64,000 nucleotides of DNA from Chrysomallon squamiferum (GCA_012295275.1 CM022670.1:36332001-36396000); one strand, 5' to 3'; shown: positions 14,526 to 29,074, counted from the first letter of the stretch. The notes: a model not told the origin generated them from the letters alone. A program made the numbers and translations.

Positions 14526-17316
14526 AGAACACAACCTATTTAAAAAAAAAAAAAAAAACAGCATGAATTCGTTCAGAAAGCAATAAATATTATTTTGGAA
14601 CATGTAATGCTTTCATATGTCCATTTGCATCCTTTCAGAATACAGTATAAATGTTTTTTTAAATACCAGCTTATTTTTTAAAAGATTTCAGAACACAACA
14701 AGCTTTCAGACAACAATTAAAAATCTTTCAGAATACAAGTCCATTGCACAACAGATTACATTGACATTTCAGCTATAATAAAATATTCATGATTGTAGAT
14801 TAAGTTGTTGCTGCAAACATCAGTCAATAAATTTCTTATTATGTAATTCATCATGTTTTAATAAACAGATGAGGAAATGAAAATTTTATTGTGAGTTAAT
14901 GGAAAATGTTCCCAGTTAGACGTAAACAGATAGAATGTGGAATAAAATAAAAAAAACTTATTTCAGATATCTGTAGTAGTAATAAAAACAACTACAATGA
15001 TGAAATAAGAGAACAACCAGTGAGATGACGAAAAAGAACAAGAACAAATATAATAACATGATTAGCCTATTTTGAGTACATTTAACATAAACATTAATTT
15101 TGGCATTTTTAATTTAATTTTTTTTATTTTTTTTTATATGTGTTATTTAATAACAAAATTAACAGTTTAACAAAAAATTAGGCATAACATGTCATAAACA
15201 GAATCTTTTAAGTCTCAGTTTCAAAGTTGTATTCAAATATCAACCAGTCTTTTGTGGTAACATAGTGCTTTTCATTTGACTCAGTCTTTTAAAAACTTTG
15301 ATGTCAGAGATCACAACAATGAGAAGCTCTTTAGGCAAATTGACTGTTAACTAACACAGTAATAAATTTTTCTTTAAAAAAATTCTTTGTTAAAGATATT
15401 TCCTTAGGATAAAAAATTAAAATGATTTAAATATGAAATGTAACAGATGCATATAATTTCATTTTTTTTCTTTTTATTTTTTAATTGCAGAGTTTCTGTT
15501 TTGAGTTTCAATGTCAAAATTAAATTTGTATATCTTCTTTGTATTTTAGACATGTTATTTTTCAATGTTAGAAACACATTAAATGAGACTTTCTGCACTG
15601 TGGTTTATTTGAATTGTGTGTAGGTATGTATGTATGTCTGATGTATGTGTATATATGTGTGCCTGTGTATATGTATATATGTGTGTATGTGTGTGTGTAC
15701 TTTATGTCAATACATAAGGATGTTCTGTTTGTGTTTTAATCAAATTTCTATTTTCAGTGTCTACAACACATTATTTGCGAAAAGCTACTTTGTATTACAA
15801 TTCATTTGCACATGGATATTATCTTGATGTTTTAAAATTGCTTGTTTTCTTTTTTCTTTTTTTTTAAATTCTCTGTAAGACATGAACTACAATGTTTATT
15901 TCTACACATTGTTTTAGAGGAATGTTTCTTGGACAAACTGAAAAGCCCAGACATGGGGAGAGGGATTTGTATTTGCATACCTGTGTACACATTTAAAGTT
16001 AGATTACTGGAAGTACAGAACTTGTTAGAGCACCGAACCAGACTTTTCCAAATACCTTTTTCTTTCTAACTCTAGAATTTTCTGTTGCTTTTTCTCTATT
16101 TTCTTTTCTTTTTTCTTTTTTTTCTTTTGTCCTTTAAATATTTTTGTTTTGACTTTTAAAATAGTTTCAGAGATAACATGGATAATTCTTTTGATATATA
16201 AATATTTATTAGGTTAGTGAATAAATTGACTTCTTATTGTTATTAAAAAAAACCTTTGTCATGTTTTTAAAACTATGAAAGGAAAGGAATTATGTTTTGT
16301 AATCATTAATTATTTTTAATTGCACAAAAACGTTTTCACTTTCAGTTATTATAACATAACAAATAAAACCTGGACCTGGTCAATGGAAAATATACAAAGA
16401 AATGTTGTTGTTACTCTTGTTATATTGTTACATCTATTATTATCATTATGATTATTATCATATATATGTATATATATATATACTGTATGGTGCCTATTAA
16501 TCTGCAAATACAATCTTAAATTTTCTTTTTTATTAACTATTATTTTCCATGATTTCTTTGAGAACACTAGCTTCAATTTATGAAATTTAAACTATGAATA
16601 TTTAGAAATTATCCTTTTTATGACTAAATATTTATTTTTTATGTTTGTAACTAGGTGTTTTTAAATGCACTTTTGTTTGAAATATATATATGTATGTGTA
16701 TATATATATTTCCTTTTTATCAAACTACACTTATTTAATTTATTTAACTGCTTGGCTATTAACATGATTAACAAATAATTTACATTTAAAAATTAATCAC
16801 TACATATTTCGTAAAATGATTTGAAAAAAAAAAAAAAAAAAAAAAAAGAATAGAACCTTTATCTGGATATAGTTTTCTGATAAAATTATCAGTGATTACC
16901 GTTCTCAGTTTAAACCGGTTTGGGAACCGTCAATCTTTTGAAACAATAGCATGATCTCTGTTTGGAAGAGGGAACAAATAACGTTAATGGTTCTGCTCTC
17001 AAACCGTTATCGGGCTGAACCTGTTAGTTACACACAATTTCTCTGGTCGACCATATTTGTTTTTAGTGGTCCTGTGTGATTTCTTTCAGCGAGGTGCAAA
17101 TACAGTTTGAAGTCTCTACAACAGTGCAGTTTCTGACATGGAGTTTTTCAGGGGTTTTACCTTTTTGACGGATGGGTGGAAAGGTGACAACATCGCTTAA
17201 TTTACCTGATTTTTTTTTTTTTTTTTTTTTCGCAGGTTGCTAATTGGTAATTGACGTGTTTGGAGAGTCAACAGGTACGAAGTTGCTGATACGTGAAGAC
17301 TGGACAGTCAGTGTGG

Positions 17317-17386
17317 ATGATGATGATGATGATGATGGGGAATTGGTTTCAGATTTTCGGGTTCCTAACCATTTGTGTTGTTTTTG
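17317..17386 (+). CDS. Mucin-like membrane protein, first coding exon (signal peptide MMMMMMMGNWFQIFGFLTICVVF)
   Basis: Exon 17236-17386 is bounded by a poly-T+CGCAG acceptor and a G|GTAAGT donor. It has an (ATG)7 start and hydrophobic core, and its phase-1 donor matches the phase-1 acceptor at 20118. Confidence 0.75.
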
Positions 17387-17686
17387 GTAAGTTTATTAAT
17401 GTTTTATATATTAAATTTTTTTTATTTATTTATTATAATTGTCAATATTATTTATTTATTTATTTATTATTATTTTTTGAATTTATTTATTTACATATTT
17501 TTGTAAATTTATTTTATTTCTATTTTAATTTTTTTTTTTGGTGAGGAGAATAAATGCATTTTTTCTTTATTATATTTTTGTTCATATTAGTTGTTTTAAA
17601 ACAGAATCTTAAATATTTATTATAAAAAAAATACAATTTTATAAGTTTCTTTATAATCTTTTGATTATCTTATTATTATTATTAAT

Positions 17687-17773
<87 letters not shown>

Positions 17774-18665
17774 TTTTTTTTTTTATTTAATTTTATTTTT
17801 CAATCCTATAAAATTTTTCTTTTTATTCAGTTCAATTTAATTTAATGTTTTGGAAATTTTTATTTAATTTTTTTAATTTTTAATTTCTAAAACAAAGCAC
17901 GGAAATTTTTTTTTAACCTTCCCACAACTTAAAAAAGCAACAACAAAACAATGAAATCTAATTATTTGTAATAAAAAAACATTATGTTCATAGTCACTAA
18001 AAATAACAAAGTTATTATGTTTGAATATAATGCTTTGTATTTGTATGTATTTATAAATGTCTCTAGATATATATGTAAACTTGTAAAGGCACACACACAC
18101 ACACACACCATTATACAATAAAAAAATTAAAAAATCTAAATATTTTCACAAAACACCTGCCTGCAGTTATCTCAAATTTTTATACAAATTTTAAATCTTC
18201 GAGTTTGTCAAACTGCTCCTTACTGTAAAAGTACAGAGTTATGTTGTTCTGAAAGTCTTTGTCCAATATCCATTAACCTTTCTGACACAGAATAGCAAGT
18301 TATGTCTCAGAAATAGATGTATCCTTGGTGAAGATGTAATGTCTTCTGACAGTCTCTGATCTGAACTGGGTTAGTCAGTGTTATCTTATTATTTTCAGTA
18401 TCATTATCACAAACCATACAGTAACAGAGGAAGCCTTTAGCTCATTCTTTTGTGACTTTTCGTACTTGTTCTTTTTACAATAATTTTAAGTTTTTTAAAT
18501 ATTATATTATTTTTCTAATATTACATATATATTCTATTCTTACTAGGATATATGTATGAAATATTAGAAATATAATGGCATGAAAACTTTAAAACCTATA
18601 AGAACAGTAATTAATCATTTTTAATCATATTTATTTGTAAAAAAAAAACCCAAAACACCAAAACC

Positions 18666-18703
<38 letters not shown>

Positions 18704-20118
18704 TGAAAACAAAGAAAGAAATAAGTGCTGTATTTTGATTATCAGTTTGTTACTTAAATTATAATAAACTATAATAGCAGATTAAATGTGAAATAAAGGA
18801 TATTTTTTTTAATTTGAGTAATTGAATGGATTCTACTTCAGTTGTTTTTCATAATGTTTACAAATGTTCATCCGTAAAATATTTGATAAGAAAATCACAT
18901 GTACAATAAAACATGTCAACATAACCACGTCCTCACTTCCATTAACATCAGACTGCATGTTTGATATAATGTGAGAAGTGTGTGAGTTAACATCAGACAG
19001 AGTTGACACTTCTCTAACTCAATTAACTGACCCTATGAAGTCTGGAAACCAAAAATAAACTGGAGACACTAGTTAGCCAGACTCTGAAACTCACATAAAC
19101 AGATTTCTGTCAGTAGCTTTAGAAACTGACTCATAACATAGGTGTTCAAGCTAATAACTGATTTTTTACATCTTTCCCAAGACTTTCTTTTACTTCAGAT
19201 GCTTTGCCTTAGTTGGTTATATTTGTCTGTTTTTTGTTTTTGTTTATCTGTCTTTCGTTTCATGTTGCCTTTATCTGTTTCTGTCTTTCTCTGTTTATAT
19301 TTTTCTTTCATTCTCTGTTGCTTTAATGTGTTTCTATCTTTCTCCCTCTGTCTTTCTTTCATTCGTGTATTTCTCTATAATATCTATGATCTGTATATTT
19401 ATCTTTGTATCAATCATATATTTATCTACTTTTGTATCTGTTAATTTAGTTTTGTGTCTGTCTGTCTAATTAAAGTCTACCTAGCTTTCTCTGTTCTCAC
19501 ATGATAACTTTTTACTTTAACATAATTAATTTTATTTTGAAAATCAATCAATTTTAAATAAATAATTTGTTTTATTTATAAAGTTTATATTTAAAAAAAA
19601 GGTTTCTAATGTCCACAAAACCATATATTTATTATTTATATATAAAATTGTAAATTAAAATAAAAAAATATTGAAAAATGATAAATCAAAATATTAGAGA
19701 AACAGATTGAATAGTTTTTTTTGTTTTTTTTCAAATTTCTTTTATTAATATATAAAGACAGCAATTAAGAAAACAAATTTACATTCACAAACCCCATATA
19801 TTAAATTATTTATTTATAAAATTATAAACTAAAACGTTTTGAAAAATGAGTAGTCAAAACTGTATTCTTTATTTGTTTAATTTTTGAAGACTGTAATTAA
19901 AAATAAAATCTAATGAACTCATACTGCATATATTAAATTATTTAATTTATAAAACCATAACAAAAAAAAAAAAAAAAATAATAATTGAAAAATGGTTAAC
20001 ATGAATACTATAGAAGTTGATTTAAGCAGCTGTTAGGATGACTTTTATTATGATATTTTGTTATTATGATGCTATGATATTGTAATTGTATCTGTTATAT
20101 TCTGTTTGATGTTTTCAG

Positions 20119-21767
20119 CTCATCACGTCAACACTCAAACAACTGAGATTACAAGACTGAGCAGCACTGATCACAGACAACAGACGACACATCCCATAAT
20201 CCCTCTGTCAACATCAAACGAACACGCTCTGCAAACAACATCGCCAAACCATGACAGCCTGAATGTAACAACCGCAACATCGATAAAAGATGAAATTTTT
20301 GCACACACACCTGAAGCAAGTGGACAGTCGCAGCATGTTGCAAACACGTCTGATCAAACAGTGACACAGACACTGCAACATTCTCTTTCAGCAACAACCG
20401 TTCAACGTTCCGTTTCACAAACAACAGCAGAGCATTCTGTTTCATCAGTAACAGTGCAGAATTCTGTTTCACCACCAACAGTGCAGAATTCTGTTTCACC
20501 ACCAACAGTGCAAAATTCTGTTTCATCAGTAACAGTTCAGAATTCAGCTTTAACAGCAGTTCAGCAGCATTCAGTTTCACCAACAAGAGTACAGCATTCT
20601 GGTTCATCAACAACAGCACAGTCCACACTTGCTTCAGAACAGACCTATCTTGATAGAGTCTTTTCAACGCCAAGCATTGTAACATCTCCTCTGAACACAG
20701 TGACAGACAGTGAAAGTTCTGTGAACACTCAAGGTATTCATTTCACTATAACAAGCAGTGAGAGGTCCTCGAGACAAGATGAAAAAACTGATGGACTGAC
20801 AGCCCATTCGTCTTCAGTTTCTGCTGAGTCTTCTTCTGCTTCACAGAACTATCACACAGAGTCCAGCCAGATAAAATCACTCGACATAATTTCCAGTCTT
20901 CAGCCTTCAAGTCAGATCATCCACACGAAAAAAGAAACACTGGACTATATCTCAACATCAGAACCTTTTCAGAGTTTGCTTGTGACAAACACATTGCTGA
21001 GTACAAGAGAGATTCAAATCAGTAATTTGGTTTCCACTTCTGTAATAGATGAAACGAGTGATGGTTATCGTTCTCTGTTATTTTCCAGTGTAACAGATTT
21101 AAGTGAAACGCCACCTTACTCTGCAGTGGGAGATAACTCTGTGGTCTCCAGTAAGATAGAAACAAGACAAATCTCTTCTTCATCTTCAAATGAAGTTTTT
21201 CAACAAACCAGAATCTCGTCAAGTGTTGGCCATTTATCAGACACAGATCAAAGTTTGCACAGTAGAACCATAGAGATAACTTCTACAGTATTTCAGGATC
21301 ATATTTTAATTACTCCATCATCCAGTGTTTTTGAACCCCTGTTTCAGACAACTCATGATGTACAGTCAGAGTCTTCAAGTTTTTATCAAAATAGCACCAT
21401 GTTAATCAATGCAGCAGCAGCAGCAGCAGCAGCAGCAGGCAGAGAAACACATGGCTCTGTGAGTAGAAGTGAGCTGCAGTCAGTTTCTGGACAACTCAGT
21501 ACAGAGGAGATGTCATTGCAAGTCTCTAGACAAAGGTCTGAGAGTGTTGCACTGGAGACACAACAGTTGTACACTTCTGAAGTTCTCAGTTCTAGTTACA
21601 GTCCTTTAACACAGGTAACACCATCTCCACCCAGTGTGACTGTGAGAGATGTATTAAACACAACACTGTCTGAAGGGGAAGTATTAGGTTCAGAAGTTAC
21701 TGAACATCCTGTGACTTCTAGTTCAGTGTTTTTGTCGCTTGCAGTTTCCTTCCTTAACATACACTGA
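20119..21767 (+). CDS. Mucin-like Ser/Thr-rich ectodomain exon (ends at 21614 if the putative 130-nt intron is spliced; stop at 21765-21767 if not)
   Basis: 553-codon ORF rich in S/T, 9-aa repeats (TVQNSVSPP), poly-Ala, TTTTCAG acceptor ending at 20118. Confidence 0.85.
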
Positions 21768-22794
21768 TATCATTCCAAAATCAACTTCAGAATTTGTGAA
21801 TGTAACTACAGAAAAACATCCAACTACCACTGGATCAACAGTCAGCATAATAACCACTCCTATATTAAAGATCATCAGAGATGTCAGATTTTTATTTAAC
21901 TTCACAGGCAACTGTCATCTGATACAAAACAATACGTTGTTCTTTGATCAGTTTGTGCTGGAACTGATGACAAAATTGTCAAAAAAACTTAACATTGAAA
22001 AAGAGCAGATAAAAATGGATCACTTTTCTTGTAAACCTTTCAATATTTATGTCACGTTTTACAAAGTTCCTTACATTCAAGTGAAGCACATTATAATGAA
22101 ACTGATATTTGATCACGCATTAAACATAGAGATCTTCATACAGGCTGAAATGATGATGTACACTTTGACTGGCTTTCAAGAAGTGAAACATTTCCACCAG
22201 CCTAAGGATGTAATAAATGTACCAGATGGAGGTCTGGGCAAGGTTAACATTATTGTGATTATTGTGGCTTGCTGTATCTGCGGCATTCTGCTGTGTATTG
22301 GAGGGACCGTCTGTATCAAAGAATGCTACAGGAGGAAATACGCCCAGTCTTTTGACTTGATGGAGGTTCCACATGTTAATCTCAAACTGGAAGACTTCAC
22401 TCTGACGCGGATTCCTCGACCCAAGCCCATCTACAAAGAAGACAATGTTACAATGCAGTCCTACACAGACAGCTATGGTCAGCACATTGCAGTGGACAGG
22501 GATGACCGCAGCAAAAGTAACAACGGAGTTCACGTACGAATGAAGGAAAACACAGATGGAATAGTTATAGGAATTGTGTCGACGTCTTCTGACAAAAATA
22601 AAATGAGGACTGGAAAGAAAGCAAAATGGCATAACTCTTCATCTTCTGAGAATATCGCTGCTGGGAATCCTTCGCTGGAGAATCTCCTACCCAGCAGCAC
22701 TGATAGTCAAAGCACAGATGGCACTCACAATCCTGTTTATGTTGACGATGAGTCGCCATCGTGTTCAAACGACAGTTTCTCGAAATCCAGCTAA
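21745..22794 (+). CDS. C-terminal part of the mucin-like type I membrane protein: SEA-like domain, TM helix, cytoplasmic tail with NPVY
   Basis: 351-codon ORF in the +1 frame. SEA-like pattern (VRFLFNFTGN...FVLELMTKLSKKLNI...NIYVTF), TM IIVIIVACCICGILLCIGGTVCI followed by YRRK, NPxY at 22729-22740. Confidence 0.85.
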   Translation, partial: FPSLTYTDIIPKSTSEFVNVTTEKHPTTTGSTVSIITTPILKIIRDVRFLFNFTGNCHLIQNNTLFFDQFVLELMTKLSKKLNIEKEQIKMDHFSCKPFNIYVTFYKVPYIQVKHIIMKLIFDHALNIEIFIQAEMMMYTLTGFQEVKHFHQPKDVINVPDGGLGKVNIIVIIVACCICGILLCIGGTVCIKECYRRKYAQSFDLMEVPHVNLKLEDFTLTRIPRPKPIYKEDNVTMQSYTDSYGQHIAVDRDDRSKSNNGVHVRMKENTDGIVIGIVSTSSDKNKMRTGKKAKWHNSSSSENIAAGNPSLENLLPSSTDSQSTDGTHNPVYVDDESPSCSNDSFSKSS

Positions 22795-24036
22795 ACGATG
22801 AATTTTGTTATTTTGAATGGTGAGTCTGTTAAATAGTCTCTCGGCTTCAGAATCTTAATACAGTTTGAAGATTTGTTTAATATTAACTCAGAGTTTTACT
22901 GTTCCTGGCATATGTAATAAATAAAAAAAGTCAGAGCAGTGCAATGCTGAAAGGTGGGCACAGGAGAGGGTGCAGTTGCCCTGGGGGTTACAATCAAAGA
23001 GTGAAATTAAAATTACATTTTTTGAAGTTTGAAATTTTCTCTTAACTTCATTGTGTAAAGTGATCTGCTGTCCTGCAAGTTAGCACTGAACTTAATGTGG
23101 CTGATTTATATTTAATTTGAATAAAAGGTTTTATGTCATCTGTTTTCACATATTTAAGATGTCTTCCTTTTATACATTTCTCAGAACTAGCCCCTCTACT
23201 TGAATCTTGGGAACACAGAGTCAAGGATCTGACCCCAGGCATCATCAAACATCTGCTTACCACTAGTCAGAGATATTTTTTTTATGTCTTGTTTTAGCTA
23301 AAAATGTTTAAGATTATATTTTTTCTTATATGTTAATTTGTTTCTATTGATTTGTTTTGAAATGAAATTAATTTTTGCACTGATGTTGAAGACAAAAATG
23401 AAGACAAATGTTTAAAGAATAATATTTGAAATAATCTGTATGAGAATTTGCATATAACCACAATGACAAACATCCTAAATAAGATTTACTACAATTAGAA
23501 AATTAAACTTTAAGTATAAATGTAAAACCTTTTTTATTTTCATTATAATGATTTTCCTGTAGTGTTTTTATCAGAATTATACAAGAAGAACTGCAGTTAA
23601 AGTTTTGGAAATTAATTTGTTCTCTTTTGGAAGGAAATCAGTGGATACCAAGTAATATCTTTTTTTTAATATCTTTGTTAATTTTTATTACCTTTTTAAT
23701 CTGAGAACAAATTAACAAAACATCACAATTATTGTAGTAACCAGTTCCAGAGAATAAAGAAAACTCATATACAAATATACCTAATACCCACCTTATTATC
23801 TACATACCTCCCAACCAGTCTACCTAGTAACTCCATCCTGCTTATCTACATTCACTCTTTCATATAAACCTGTATCCCTCTATACACACATATATATATA
23901 CATGTAAGATACATGTACATACATTTAATAAAATTAACCAATTCTTTTTTTTTCAAGTCCAGTTAATGAAATTATCAAAAGTACTGTTTTTTTCTTTATT
24001 TTATTATTTTTGTTATTGTTGATGTTGATATTATTA

Positions 24037-24105
<69 letters not shown>

Positions 24106-25187
24106 ATTACTTTCTTTTAAAGTTTATTAATTTTATTTTGGATTTTCTTTTGATAAGGTAATTATGTCCAGTTTTTATAAGTTGTTTTTGAAAATGTTAC
24201 AATACTAAAATCACTATTTAAAAAAAAAAAAAAAACTCTATAATTTTTAACATGCAGTATTATTATATAAATTCTATTACATACTGTTATGTGTGTGGGT
24301 GTTTGTGGGTGAAAACCACAGTAATGTACTCTTTTATATTAATTGGACATTTATTTTTATAAACCAAAACCATTTTTACACAGAACATTCAAGGGAATCT
24401 ACTCTATCTTGATTCAAGAAAGCATTTGTGTATATAATTTTATGGAGCTAAATTAGTAAGACAATATGCCATAAAAATGACACTTTGATAAGTCATTAAC
24501 CAAAAACTTTGAAAATCATTTGTTTTTTTAATTATTTTATCTGTTTAAAGTGAATATATATACTATTATACTTATTATATTTAGTTTAATTTGTAGATAT
24601 TACAAATGGTTATTGAATATTTTTCTTACATTCAAACCCTGTATATTTTGTATGGTCTGTATACAAGGATTAAAAAAAAAAAAAAGGAAAGTTGATTTAT
24701 TCCTTTATTCTAACATAATTATTTGATTTACAAGTTCAGTTCCTGTTTCAGAAATTTGGTTTGGTCATAATTACTTTAGCAATCACAAATTTTAAAAAAT
24801 AAACATTCCAAGCTTTTATATTACAACTGAGTAACAAGTTATTTGTTTGTATTCTCAGAATATGTTAATATTTCCTTATTATTATCTATAATTCTTTACA
24901 GTATACATTTATCTATCTATTGAATTAATGCTGTAGAAATTATATGAAACTTTTAAAAAGTTCTTGTTTAAATAATAGTCATGTTTACAAAAGTGAAATA
25001 ACATATTATTTATCAGAAGCAGTATTTTTATTCAGAGCTATTTAAAATTATTTTTATTTAATAATTATTGTTGTTACTATTATTATTTTATTAATATTAT
25101 TATTATAATTTTTTGTTGTGATTATTACTTTTTATTATGATTATGATGATTATGATAATGGTAATGATGATGATAATTATTAACATT

Positions 25188-25267
<80 letters not shown>

Positions 25268-25758
25268 GTGTAAATACATGTATATAATTTTGGATTATTA
25301 TTATTATTTTTAAATGATTCATTCCAGGTGTTCTGCAAAAATGTTGCCATATAAAAATGATATTTGACAAAAATAAATAAAGCTTCAGATTTGTTATAAT
25401 TTATGCTATTATCTTGAATATCATATCTAGTGAGATAGGTTTCATTCCCATGAAATATGTGCCTAGATCCAATATTGACAAGAACTTAAAAACAAATGAA
25501 GTGATTTTGAGTAGAAAATTTTAATTTTGTCGGACTTGTTATGAAAACTTAATAAATAACAAAATCCTGAATAGTTAATAATATTTATGGTGATCACATG
25601 GATAATAAACACACAAACATACATATGTACATATATACACATACACAAACATATATAAACATACACATATATACATACACACCCATACAATTATACACAT
25701 ACATATCCAAACACACATATACAGACATATACTTATATAATGTACATACAAACATGCA

Positions 25759-25795
<37 letters not shown>

Positions 25796-27959
25796 ACATA
25801 CAAACACACATACACACATATTTGCACACAATCTGGTGTGTTTGACACTAATTTGCAGGAAACAAATTAGCTACTGTATTTTTTAAAACACTTACAATGG
25901 CTGGATCATTGTTTCTGTGTTGTATAATAAACTGTAAAGACAACAAATAAAATAAAATAAAATGTGTTTATTTTTATGTTTCTCTTCTTTCCAATTCCAT
26001 GGTTGTTTTCAAGTTCGGTTTTTTTTTTCAGATTTTATTTCTGTTGTTTTTGTCCCATTTTTGTTTATAATTTTATTGTTGTTTGAGACTTGTTTTAGTT
26101 TTTATTATGATTTTTAAAAAAATGTATCATATATACAACAAGCAAAAAATACACAAATGAAGAAATCTGTATTAAAGAATGATTCAAGGATTTGCCCTTG
26201 ACTTTGTTTCTGGGGACAATACATATTATATAAATGAAGAGATGATTTGTTTTATCACTGCATTTTGTTTTTTTGTGTTCTTCATTTTAGTTAATTTATA
26301 TCCTAAGTTTCTTTAAAACATAAATCTAGAAAAATTATTTAAATGTGGACGAAATTAAAATATATTTTTTGTCACAAAAACAATTACTATTAGAAATATT
26401 TATTTATCTCAGAACAAAATAATTTTTATATTTAACCAAAAAAAAAAAAAAAAAAAAAATAATAATAATAATAAAATAAAATAAATAGAATTATTATATT
26501 AAAAGAAGAGATAACTGGAAAATTATTTTCATTGATTGCATTATTTATTGATTGTTTAATCACTCTTTTCTTGGCCAAGACCCTTTTAGGAGTTCTTCTC
26601 AAGTTCCAGAATTCCCTGGAGCGAAAATAAGCCTACAACAAAACATACAGACAGAAAATCCTCATCTCATAATGTGGCCCCCTTCAGTTGTGCCAAGACC
26701 TCGCAGGGCACCATATTGGTTCCCCTCTCCATGCTGAAAATGGCTGGATTGGACAAACTGAAAATCAGCATTTGACAAATTTCAAATACCTGGAAAGCTA
26801 TAAACATGAATGTACTAAGAAGATACTATGAAAACAGTCAGCTTGTAGACTCTATTCCTCTCTTCCTCAGTGGATTTTAGGATAAACGTAGGTCCTAAAA
26901 GACATGTCCATCACTGCTGATTAATAATAGTAACACTAAGTGTAACGAGTGAATGATGATAACACTAACAATGGTGTGTATATGTGTGTGAACATATGTA
27001 TACAAACAAATAAAACACAAAATCTTTTTAGACAAAACATCAAGAGTGGTTTAGGATTTAATTTTCAGGTCCCTTTAATTAATGAGATAGAAATTTTCAT
27101 TTTCTAACTTGGCTGATTGGAGTGGCCAAGCCAGACGTTGTTAATGGCTATTTTCCCAGTGTCTGGTGTGAAGAGCTCTTGACATTTCTGATGATGGTCA
27201 TTGGTCTGGACATGGTGGGGGGCATTATTGGCTACATTAATACAATTATGGTCATCAAAGAAGGATAGATAAACTTAATTTTATTTACTCATAAATATAA
27301 GAAGTGCTTGGACGATAACCTAATTCTTTGTTTGTAAGAAAATAAATGTAAATGTTTACTGCACTGTTGTTACTGTCTGAGAATGCTTTGATTATTATTA
27401 TCATTATTATTTTGTATTAACACACTGACATCTTTAAACTGTTTTTGGTTCAAAATTATTGATAAGAAATTTTAGAAATATATATTTCTTTGATTTATTA
27501 GCTTGATATAGGAATTACATTTAAGAAAAATAAAACTGAAATGGTATAAAGTCTGTGATTTTCCTATTTTTAGTCAGATAATATACTGAAGTAATGAAAT
27601 CATTTTTATTCCATAATATAATCAAAGAATGCACTAATTTTTCTGGATATTTTATATTTCTCAGAACAAATTATTTTTTTTACATCAGTTTTCTTAATGG
27701 TTTCAATTTTAAAAAAAAAAAAAATAAATGTTTCCTTCACTATTGCTTTCAATATTACATGAAGAAAGTAAGCCTTAAAATAAATAGTTGAAAATTTAAA
27801 TATTTGTTTTAAAATTTAAAAACAATTAAATATTTATATTTGTAGGTCTGTGAAGAACAACATGACTTGTTTTCTTCCATACTGCTTCTTTGTTTAACAA
27901 TTTATTTTGTCCTATTTCTGCATGAATACACATTATTCAGTCACAGTGTTATCTTATTA

Positions 27960-28540
27960 AAATATGTTAAAAAAATTACTGTTCACTTACAGAATACTTA
28001 GTCATATACCAGGATTTCACCATCAGTATCACTCTATAGTTACAGAACACTTACCATTTAATGTTGTACAGTTATAGAACTCTTAGTCAGTTAGCAATAT
28101 TTTACTAACCATGTTGATTAAGAATACTTATAATCTTTTTTGATCTTATTAAACATATAACTGTATAGCTATAGAATGCTTAATTGCATATCATTATTTT
28201 ATTAATGATCTGACTGCCCAGTTAGAGAATATTTAGTCACATATTGATACATATTGATATGTTACCAACCATTTCACATTAGAGACATAGAATACTTCGT
28301 CTCATATCATTATTTTACTGATCACGTCACTATATAGTTAAGAATACTTAGTCATATAGTTATTTTATTTATACTAACGGTGTCACTACACAGCTATAGA
28401 TTACTGTAACTTAGTCACATTTCATTATGTTACTATGTCACAATGTAGTTACAGACTGCTTAGCCATATATTGATACTTTACTAACTATGTCACTGTACA
28501 ATTACAGATTACTTAGTCACATATCGATATTTTACAAAAT
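27960..28540. repeat. Degenerate tandem repeat (TTACAGAATACTTAGTCA-like core)
   Basis: Recurring (ta)cagaatacttagtca(c/t)atat motifs at roughly 55-60 bp spacing. Confidence 0.55.
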
Positions 28541-28998
28541 GTCATGTAAATACTGATACACACTTCATAGCCACATATCAGTATCCTGTGTCTCACAGTG
28601 TTTCAGTATTTCTCAACAAAGAGTCTGATATTGAATCTATTTGGTTAATTAAGTTTATCATGAACAGAAGCAGACAAGGTACAGCACCCTGGGCTACAGC
28701 TGTCAAGTTATAATCCTTGTGGCCTGTAAGCATCTTTTCCACAATTGTATATTATTTGCCCTGCACTGTTTTTGCAGGATTACTTGCACCTTGGTGCACC
28801 TAGTTGGATATTTCCCAATACAGCCAGTGCTTATCGACTGGTACATGCTTTCCTGTAAGTGGGTAGGTTCATGTAAACATCCCCCTAAGGCTGGTCAATA
28901 AATGTTAGAGGTGTGTGGGAACAGGATTTTTTTTTTAAATCCAATAATTATGTAAAAAACGCCAAAAAACCCCCACAATTAAAAATTTAAATTAATTT

Positions 28999-29037
28999 TA
29001 AATAATAATAATAATATAAAACAAATAAACCAATAAT

Positions 29038-29074
<37 letters not shown>

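Noticed and set aside
21745-21767. Canonical programmed frameshift signal at the ORF overlap
   Set aside because: The required shift is +1/-2, and no X XXY YYZ heptamer or Ty1 CUU-AGG-C motif is seen; kept only as a minor alternative
20149-22768. Antisense ORFs over the mucin-like gene (178, 170 aa and shorter)
   Set aside because: Shadow ORFs of the coding strand with no independent signals
22933-23265. GC-richer patches in the mucin 3' region (also ~26670-26750) resembling MITE ends
   Set aside because: Terminal inverted repeats and TSDs too degenerate to support a call
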